A stretch of 64,000 nucleotides of DNA from Antedon mediterranea (taxonomy: Eukaryota > Animalia > Echinodermata). Below, one piece after another: positions 53,893 to 64,000 of this stretch; position 1 is the first letter of the stretch, and each line of letters starts with the position of its first letter. Location of the stretch: positions 62,001-126,000 of the forward strand of contig NC_092677.1 of assembly GCF_964355755.1 (NCBI RefSeq), read 5' to 3'. The notes under the pieces are model-generated. The model did not search any database, had not been told where the DNA came from, and worked only from the letters and a program-made list of their open reading frames with translations. The translations under genes were made by a program, and so were the position numbers.

Positions 53893-54107
53893 CTCATTAC
53901 AAACGCCATGCCTGCTACATTGATTTGGACAAATCTTCATTTCACACATATTGCCATGGAAACCCTCTTTACAAACACATTCCCCATTTACACATTTTCT
54001 GTTACCATAGCAATTTTTAGGGCATGAATGTACTTGAAAAAGGGCTTTAAAACCGTATGTCTCACTGTCTGTAGATGGTCTTGTTTTATAGAGTACTGTT
54101 AAGATAC
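53893..54107 (-). CDS. MEGF8: MEGF8 exon (CUB end + EGF)
   Basis: ILTVLY...GFKALF...CPKNCYGNRKCVNGECVCKEGFHG. Confidence 0.9.
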
Positions 54108-54273
54108 CTAAAATACAAGTACAATTAGGTCGGTGTTCATTCATTAATAAAATGTTCAGTTATTATTTTAGCTAATTCTAAATATAAATGTCATTGTACA
54201 TTTTTACACAAGATTAGTAAGAATAACAAGATGTACAATAAATATAAGTAAAAACAAGATTAGTATTATTTAC

Positions 54274-54394
54274 CTGAATAGGCAGTTACTGTTAAATGCT
54301 GTGGTAAACCTTCACCACAAAACTTTCCAAGTATTTTACCGTGAGTGCCACTCACGTTCAGTGCCATGCCGTCATACACCGTCACAAACTCAAG
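54274..54394 (-). CDS. MEGF8: MEGF8 exon (CUB)
   Basis: LEFVTVYDG...ILGKFCGEG...TAYSG. Confidence 0.88.
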
Positions 54395-54606
54395 CTAAAA
54401 TAGATAAAATAATCACGTCATAAACTATGACTCAATTCAAGAATGAAATAACCAGACAATTGTTTGTGTCATATTGAAGTAAAATAGATTAAAATTGTTA
54501 AACATAGTATAAACCAATATAGAGAAATGAGTGCAATTAAGATACAAATTGTAAACAAAAAGAAAAAAAAAACATATTATTGCTTGTGTTTATTTAGACA
54601 ACATAC

Positions 54607-54838
54607 CCTGCAGTCAATGTTGATATCTTTCTGCATTGTAAATGAGATAGTAGGAACAGCCAATGGTTGGGTGACCTCTTGTTGTACACTCTCAAACACA
54701 CTCAATACCATCAAACAATAATTTACTTCTTCTGGCCATAATCTTGATTTATGAGGTTGATTTGATGTAATACCACCGCTGCTGATATTAGTCAGAAGAA
54801 TTCGTCCACTACATGGTATGTAACAGGACCCACCATTC
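54607..54838 (-). CDS. MEGF8: MEGF8 exon (laminin-EGF end / CUB start); acceptor lies inside the 57-bp array
   Basis: NGGSCYIPCSGRILLTNISSGG...YCLMVLS resembles MEGF8 GGSCFRECGGRALLTNVSS...YCVWVVS. Acceptor ttttaattgtag, donor gtatgt. Confidence 0.85.
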
Positions 54839-57800
54839 CTACAATTAAAATAATGAATAAGTCCACTACATGGTATGTAACAGGACCCACCATTCCTACA
54901 ATTAAAATAATGAATAAGTCCACTACATAGTATGTAACAGGACCCACCATTCCTACAATTAAAATAATGAATAAGTCCACTACATGGTATGTAACAGGAC
55001 CCACCATTCCTACAATTAAAATAATGAATAAGTCCACTACATGGTATGTAACAGGACCCACCATTCCTACAATTAAAATAATTAATAAGTCCACTACATG
55101 GTATGTAACAGGACCCACCATTCCTACAATTAAAATAATGAATAAGTCCACTACATGGTATGTAACAGGACCCACCATTCCTACAATTAAAATAATGAAT
55201 AAGTCCACTACATGGTATGTAACAGGACCCACCATTCCTACAATTAAAATAATTAATAAGTCCACTACATGGTATGTAACAGGACCCACCATTCCTACAA
55301 TTAAAATAATGAACAAGTCCACTACATGGTATGTAATGGGACCCACCATTCCTACAATTAAAATAATGAATAAGTCCACTACATGGTATGTAACGGGACC
55401 CACCATTCCTACAATTAAAATAATGAATAAGTCCACTACATGGTATGTAACAGGACCCACCATTCCTACAATTAAAATAATGAATAAATCCACTACATGG
55501 TATGTAACAGGACCCATCATTCCTACAATTAAAATAATGAATAAATCCACTACATGGTATGTAACAGGACCCACCATTCCTACAATTAAAATAATGAATA
55601 AGTCCACTACATGGTATGTAACAGGACCCACCATTCCTACAATTAAAATAATGAATAAGTCCACTACATGGTATGTAACAGGACCCACCATTCCTACAAT
55701 TAAAATAATGAATAAATCCATTACATGGTATGTAACAGGACCCACCATTCCTACAATTAAAATAATGAATAAGTCCACTACATGGTATGTAACAGGACCC
55801 ATCATTCCTACAATTAAAATAATGAATAAGTCCACTACATGGTATGTAACAGGACCCATCATTCCTACAATTAAAATAATGAATAAATCCACTACATGGT
55901 ATGTAACAGGACCCACCATTCCTACAATTAAAATAATGAATAAGTCCACTACATGGTATGTAACAGGACCCACCATTCCTACAATTAAAATAATGAATAA
56001 GTCCACTACATGATATGTAACAGGACCCTCCATTCCTACAATTAAAATAATGAATAAGTCCACTACATGGTATGTAACAGGACCCACCATTCCAACAATT
56101 AAAATAATGAATAAGTCCACTACATGGTATGTAACAGGACCCAGCATTCCTACAATTAAAATAATGAATAAGTCCACTACATGGTATGTAACAGGACCCA
56201 CCATTCCTACAATTAAAATAATGAATAAGTCCACTACATGGTATGTAACAGGACCCACCATTCCTACAATTAAAATAATGAATAAGTCCACTACATGGTA
56301 TGTAACAGGACCCACCATTCCTACAATTAAAATAATGAATAAGTCCACTACATGGTATGTAACAGGACCCACCATTCCTACAATTAAAATAATGAATAAG
56401 TCCACTACATGGTATGTAACAGGACCCACCATTCCTACAATTAAAATAATTAATAAGTCCACTACATGGTATGTAACAGGACCCACCATTCCTACAATTA
56501 AAATAATGAATAAGTCCACTACATGGTATGTAACAGGACCCACCATTCCTACAATTAAAATAATGAATAAGTCCACTACATGGTATGTAACAGGACCCAC
56601 CATTCCTACAATTAAAATAATGAATAAGTCCACTACATGGTATGTAACAGGACCCACCATTCCTACAATTAAAATAATGAATAAATCCACTACATGGTAT
56701 GTAACAGGACCCACCATTCCTACAATTAAAATAATGAATAAGTCCACTACATGGTATGTAACAGGACCCATCATTCCTACAATTAAAATAATGAATAAAT
56801 CCACTACATGGTATGTAACAGGACCCACCATTCCTACAATTAAAATAATGAATAAGTCCACTACATGGTATGTAACAGGACCCACCATTCCTACAATTAA
56901 AATAATGAATAAGTCCACTACATGGTATGTAACAGGACCCACCATTCCTACAATTAAAATAATGAATAAATCCACTACATGGTATGTAACAGGGCCCACC
57001 ATTCCTACAATTAAAATAATGAATAAGTCCACTACATGGTATGTAACAGGACCCACCATTCCTACAATTAAAATAATGAATAAGTCCACTACATGGTATG
57101 TAACAGGACCCACCATTCCTACAATTAAAATAATGAATAAGTCCACTACATGGTATGTAACAGGACCCACCATTCCTACAATTAAAATAATGAATAAGTC
57201 CACTACATGGTATGTAACAGGACCCACCATTCCTACAATTAAAATAATGAATAAGTCCACTACATGGTATGTAACAGGACCCACCATTCCTACAATTAAA
57301 ATAATGAATAAATCCACTACATGGTATGTAACAGGACCCACCATTCCTACAATTAAAATAATGAATAAGTCCACTACATGGTATGTAACAGGACCCACCA
57401 TTCCTACAATTAAAATAATGAATAAATCCACTACATGGTATGTAACAGGACCCACCATTCCTACAATTAAAATAATGAATAAGTCCACTACATGGTATGT
57501 AACAGGACCCACCATTCCTACAATTAAAATAATGAATAAATCCACTACATGGTATGTAACAGGACCCACCACTCCTACAATTAAAATAATGAATAAGTCC
57601 ACTACATGGTATGTAACAGGACCCACCATTCCTACAATTAAAATAATTAATAAGTCCACTACATGGTATGTAACAGGACCCACCATTCCTACAATTAAAA
57701 TAATGAATAAGTCCACTACATGGTATGTAACAGGACCCATCCATCATTCCTACAATTAAAATAATGAATAAGTCCACTACATGGTATGTAACAGGACCCA

Positions 57801-58513
57801 CCATTCCTACAATTAAAATAATGAATAAGTCCACTACATGGTATGTAACAAGACCCACCATTCCTACAATTAAAATAATGAATAAGTCCACTACATGGTA
57901 TGTAACAGGACCCACCATTCCTACAATTAAAATAATGAATAAGTCCACTACATGGTATGTAACAGGACCCACCATTCCTACAATTAAAATAATGAATAAG
58001 TCCACTACATGGTATGTAACAGGACCCACCATTCCTACAATTAAAATAATTAATAAGTCCACTACATGGTATGTAACAGGACCCACCATTCCTACAATTA
58101 AAATAATGAATAAATCCACTACATGGTATGTAACAGGACCCACCATTCCTACAATTAAAATAATGAATAAGTCCACTACATGGTATGTAACAGGATCCAC
58201 CATTCCTACAATTAAAATAATGAATAAATCCACTACATGGTATGTAACAGGACCCACTATTCCTACAATTAAAATAATGAATAAGTCCACTACATGGTAT
58301 GTAACAGGACCCACCATTCCTACAATTAAAATAATGAATAAGTCCACTACATGGTATGTAACAGGACCCACCATTCCTACAATTAAAATAATGAATAAGT
58401 CCACTACATGGTATGTAACAGGACCCACCATTCCTACAATTAAAAATAATGAATAAGTCCACTACATGGTATGTAACAGGACCCACCATTCCTACAATTA
58501 AAATAATGAATAA
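54804..58513. repeat. 57-bp tandem array, 65 copies, derived from a MEGF8 splice acceptor
   Basis: Minus-strand unit is TTATTCATTATTTTAATTGTAG plus GAATGGTGGGTCCTGTTACATACCATGTAGTGGAC. Confidence 0.98.
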
Positions 58514-58624
58514 AACAATTCATTCAAATACATACAACTAAACTAAAATTCATTATCCAAAAACATTGATTTAAACTTAAATACAACTAGAAGTTAAAAC
58601 ATACAGTTATGAACAACTATTTGG

Positions 58625-61600
58625 TTACAGTTCTATTCTTCTTCCTACCTACTGTATGGCCCTGACTAATACACTGTACAGTAAGTCTCATTACAGTTCT
58701 ATTCTTCTTGCTACCTACTGTATGGCCCTGACTAATACATTGTACAGTAAGTCTCATTACAGTTCTATTCTTCTTCCTACCTACTGTATGGCCCTGACTA
58801 ATACATTGTAGAGTAAGTCTCATTACAGTTCTATTCTTCTTCCTACCTACTGTATGGCCCTGACTAATACATTGTAGAGTAAGTCTCATTACAGTTCTAT
58901 TCTTCTTCCTACCTACTGTATGGCCCTGACTAATACACTGTACAGTAAGTCTCATTACAGTTCTATTCTTCTTCCTACCTACTGTATGGCCCTGACTAAT
59001 ACATTGTACAGTAAGTCTCATTACAGTTCTATTCTTCTTCCTACCTACTGTATGGCCCTGACTAATACATTGTACAGTAAGTCTCATTACAGTTCTATTC
59101 TTCTTTCTACCTACTGTATGGCCCTGACTAATACATTGTACAGTAAGTCTCATTACAGTTCTATTCTTCTTCCTACCTACTGTATGGCCCTGACTAATAC
59201 ATTGTACAGTAAGTCTCATTACAGTTCTATTCTTCTTGCTACCTACTGTATGGCCCTGACTAATACATTGTACAGTAAGTCTCATTACAGTTCTATTCTT
59301 CTTCCTACCTACTGTATGGCCCTGACTAATACATTGTACAGTAAGTCTCATTACAGTTCTATTCTTCTTGCTACCTACTGTATGGCCCTGACTAATACAT
59401 TGTACAGTAAGTCTCATTACAGTTCTATTCTTCTTCCTACCTACTGTATGGCCCTGACTAATACATTGTACAGTAAGTCTCATTACAGTTCTATTCTTCT
59501 TGCTACCTACTGTATGGCCCTGACTAATACATTGTACAGTAAGTCTCATTACAGTTCTATTCTTCTTCCTACCTACTGTATGGCCCTGACTAATACATTG
59601 TACAGTAAGTCTCATTACAGTTCTATTCTTCTTGCTACCTACTGTATGGCCCTGACTAATACATTGTAGAGTAAGTCTCATTACAGTTCTATTCTTCTTC
59701 CTACCTACTGTATAGCCCTGACTAATACATTGTACAGTAAGTCTCATTACAGTTCTATTCTTCTTCCTACCTACTGTATGGCCCTGACTAATACATTGTA
59801 CAGTAAGTCTCATTACAGTTCTATTCTTCTTCCTACCTACTGTATGGCCCTGACTAATACATTGTACAGTAAGTCTCATTACAGTTCTATTCTTCTTCCT
59901 ACCTACTGTATGGCCCTGACTAATACATTGTAGAGTAAGTCTCATTACAGTTCTATTCTTCTTGCTACCTACTGTATGGCCCTGACTAATACATTGTACA
60001 GTAAGTCTCATTACAGTTCTATTCTTCTTCCTACCTACTGTATGGCCCTGACTAATACATTGTACAGTAAGTCTCATTACAGTTCTATTCTTCTTTCTAC
60101 CTACTGTATGGCCCTGACTAATACATTGTAGAGTAAGTCTCATTACAGTTCTATTCTTCTTCCTACCTACTGTATGGCCCTGACTAATACATTGTAGAGT
60201 AAGTCTCATTAATGTTCTATTCTTCTTGCTACCTACTGTATGGCCCTGACTAATACATTGTACAGTAAGTCTCATTACAGTTCTATTCTTCTTGCTACCT
60301 ACTGTATGGCCCTGACTAATACATTGTAGAGTAAGTCTCATTACAGTTCTATTCTTCTTCCTACCTACTGTATGGCCCTGACTAATACATTGTACAGTAA
60401 GTCTCATTACAGTTCTATTCTTCTTCCTACCTACTGTATGGCCCTGACTAATACATTGTACAGTAAGTCTCATTACAGTTCTATTCTTCTTCCTACCTAC
60501 TGTATGGCCCTGACTAATACATTGTAGAGTAAGTCTCATTACAGTTCTATTCTTCTTCCTACCTACTGTATGGCCCTGACTAATACATTGTACAGTAAGT
60601 CTCATTACAGTTCTATTCTTCTTCCTACCTACTGTATGGCCCTGACTAATACATTGTACAGTAAGTCTCATTACAGTTCTATTCTTCTTGCTACCTACTG
60701 TATGGCCCTGACTAATACATTGTAGAGTAAGTCTCATTACAGTTCTATTCTTCTTCCTACCTACTGTATGGCCCTGACTAATACATTGTAGAGAAGTCTC
60801 ATTACAGTTCTATTCTTCTTCCTACCTACTGTATGGCCCTGACTAATACATTGTAGAGTAAGTCTCATTACAGTTCTATTCTTCTTGCTACCTACTGTAT
60901 GGCCCTGACTAATACATTGTAGAGTAAGTCTCATTACAGTTCTATTCTTCTTCCTACCTACTGTATGGCCCTGACTAATACATTGTACAGTAAGTCTCAT
61001 TACAGTTCTATTCTTCTTCCTACCTACTGTATGGCCCTGACTAATACATTGTAGAGTAAGTCTCATTACAGTTCTATTCTTCTTCCTACCTACTGTATGG
61101 CCCTGACTAATACATTGTACAGTAAGTCTCATTACAGTTCTATTCTTCTTCCTACCTACTGTATGGCCCTGACTAATACATTGTACAGTAAGTCTCATTA
61201 CAGTTCTATTCTTCTTGCTACCTACTGTATGGCCCTGACTAATACACTGTACAGTAAGTCTCATTACAGTTCTATTCTTCTTCCTACCTACTGTATGGCC
61301 CTGACTAATACATTGTACAGTAAGTCTCATTACAGTTCTATTCTTCTTCCTACCTACTGTATGGCCCTGACTAATACATTGTACAGTAAGTCTCATTACA
61401 GTTCTATTCTTCTTCCTACCTACTGTATGGCCCTGACTAATACATTGTACAGTAAGTCTCATTACAGTTCTATTCTTCTTCCTACCTACTGTATGGCCCT
61501 GACTAATACATTGTACAGTAAGTCTCATTACAGTTCTATTCTTCTTCCTACCTACTGTATGGCCCTGACTAATACATTGTACAGTAAGTCTCATTACAGT

Positions 61601-64000
61601 TCTATTCTTCTTCCTACCTACTGTATGGCCCTGACTAATACATTGTAGAGTAAGTCTCATTACAGTTCTATTCTTCTTCCTACCTACTGTATGGCCCTGA
61701 CTAATACATTGTACAGTAAGTCTCATTACAGTTCTATTCTTCTTGCTACCTACTGTATGGCCCTGACTAATACATTGTAGAGTAAGTCTCATTACAGTTC
61801 TATTCTTCTTGCTACCTACTGTATGGCCCTGACTAATACATTGTACAGTAAGTCTCATTACAGTTCTATTCTTCTTGCTACCTACTGTATGGCCCTGACT
61901 AATACATTGTAGAGTAAGTCTCATTACAGTTCTATTCTTCTTCCTACCTACTGTATGGCCCTGACTAATACATTGTAGAGTAAGTCTCATTACAGTTCTA
62001 TTCTTCTTCCTACCTACTGTATGGCCCTGACTAATACATTGTACAGTAAGTCTCATTACAGTTCTATTCTTCTTGCTACCTACTGTATGGCCCTGACTAA
62101 TACATTGTACAGTAAGTCTCATTACAGTTCTATTCTTCTTCCTACCTACTGTATGGCCCTGACTAATACATTGTAGAGTAAGTCTCATTACAGTTCTATT
62201 CTTCTTCCTACCTACTGTATGGCCCTGACTAATACATTGTACAGTAAGTCTCATTACAGTTCTATTCTTCTTCCTACCTACTGTATGGCCCTGACTAATA
62301 CATTGTAGAGTAAGTCTCATTACAGTTCTATTCTTCTTGCTACCTACTGTATGGCCCTGACTAATACATTGTACAGTAAGTCTCATTACAGTTCTATTCT
62401 TCTTCCTACCTACTGTATGGCCCTGACTAATACATTGTAGAGTAAGTCTCATTACAGTTCTATTCTTCTTCCTACCTACTGTATGGCCCTGACTAATACA
62501 TTGTACAGTAAGTCTCATTACAGTTCTATTCTTCTTCCTACCTACTGTATGGCCCTGACTAATACATTGTAGAGTAAGTCTCATTACAGTTCTATTCTTC
62601 TTCCTACCTACTGTATGGCCCTGACTAATACATTGTAGAGTAAGTCTCATTACAGTTCTATTCTTCTTCCTACCTACTGTATGGCCCTGACTAATACATT
62701 GTACAGTAAGTCTCATTACAGTTCTATTCTTCTTGCTACCTACTGTATGGCCCTGACTAATACATTGTAGAGTAAGTCTCATTACAGTTCTATTCTTCTT
62801 CCTACCTACTGTATGGCCCTGACTAATACATTGTACAGTAAGTCTCATTACAGTTCTATTCTTCTTCCTACCTACTGTATAGCCCTGACTAATACATTGT
62901 ACAGTAAGTCTCATTACAGTTCTATTCTTCTTCCTACCTACTGTATGGCCCTGACTAATACATTGTAGAGTAAGTCTCATTACAGTTCTATTCTTCTTCC
63001 TACCTACTGTATGGCCCTGACTAATACATTGTACAGTAAGTCTCATTACAGTTCTATTCTTCTTCCTACCTACTGTATGGCCCTGACTAATACATTGTAC
63101 AGTAAGTCTCATTACAGTTCTATTCTTCTTCCTACCTACTGTATGGCCCTGACTAATACATTGTACAGTAAGTCTCATTACAGTTCTATTCTTCTTCCTA
63201 CCTACTGTATGGCCCTGACTAATACATTGTAGAGTAAGTCTCATTACAGTTCTATTCTTCTTCCTACCTACTGTATGGCCCTGACTAATACATTGTAGAG
63301 TAAGTCTCATTACAGTTCTATTCTTCTTCCTACCTACTGTATGGCCCTGACTAATACATTGTACAGTAAGTCTCATTACAGTTCTATTCTTCTTCCTACC
63401 TACTGTATGGCCCTGACTAATACATTGTAGAGTAAGTCTCATTACAGTTCTATTCTTCTTCCTACCTACTGTATGGCCCTGACTAATACATTGTAGAGTA
63501 AGTCTCATTACAGTTCTATTCTTCTTCCTACCTACTGTATGGCCCTGACTAATACATTGTACAGTAAGTCTCATTACAGTTCTATTCTTCTTGCTACCTA
63601 CTGTATGGCCCTGACTAATACATTGTAGAGTAAGTCTCATTACAGTTCTATTCTTCTTCCTACCTACTGTATGGCCCTGACTAATACATTGTACAGTAAG
63701 TCTCATTACAGTTCTATTCTTCTTGCTACCTACTGTATGGCCCTGACTAATACATTGTAGAGTAAGTCTCATTACAGTTCTATTCTTCTTCCTACCTACT
63801 GTATGGCCCTGACTAATACATTGTACAGTAAGTCTCATTACAGTTCTATTCTTCTTGCTACCTACTGTATGGCCCTGACTAATACATTGTAGAGTAAGTC
63901 TCATTACAGTTCTATTCTTCTTCCTACCTACTGTATGGCCCTGACTAATACATTGTACAGTAAGTCTCATTACAGTTCTATTCTTCTTGCTACCTACTGT
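58625..64000. repeat. 66-bp satellite, at least 81 copies, running off the window, presumably within a MEGF8 intron
   Basis: Unit TTACAGTTCTATTCTTCTTSCTACCTACTGTATGGCCCTGACTAATACATTGTASAGTAAGTCTCA. Confidence 0.98.

Noticed and set aside
54792-58456. MVGPVTYHVV and MNKSTTWYV repeat ORFs
   Set aside because: These are alternative frames and the opposite strand of the 57-bp array; only the NGGSCY frame matches MEGF8.
58681-58700. GTAAGT...TTACAG mini-intron in each 66-bp unit (plus strand)
   Set aside because: Only 16 nt long and antisense to the host gene; too short for spliceosomal removal.
58617-63970. 706-aa and 1069-aa repetitive ORFs
   Set aside because: They arise from a 66-bp unit divisible by 3; a 1-bp deletion near 60794 breaks the frame, and there is no link to MEGF8 coding sequence.

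Overview
AT-rich metazoan genomic DNA with GT-AG introns. A marine invertebrate, plausibly an echinoderm, is an inference only. Three protein-coding genes lie on the minus strand: the first two coding exons of an ERG/FLI1 orthologue (1.1-2.3 kb, continuing off the left edge), a complete ETS1/2 (pointed-type) gene with PNT and ETS domains (CDS 26.2-34.0 kb), and the 3' part of MEGF8 (18 exons, 43.6-54.8 kb, continuing off the right edge). Roughly a third of the window is tandem arrays with 22-88 bp units; all the very long ORFs in the track come from these. There are also several non-autonomous DNA transposons with TIRs and TSDs, a LINE 3' remnant, a pseudo-tRNA cassette and a Penelope-type minimal hammerhead motif. 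The most striking feature is a 57-bp array that is a 65-fold amplification of a MEGF8 intron/exon junction, giving about 50 in-frame and 14 out-of-frame competing splice acceptors. Also notable are the tight ETS1/2-ERG linkage in tandem orientation and a candidate internal promoter for a PNT-less ETS isoform.
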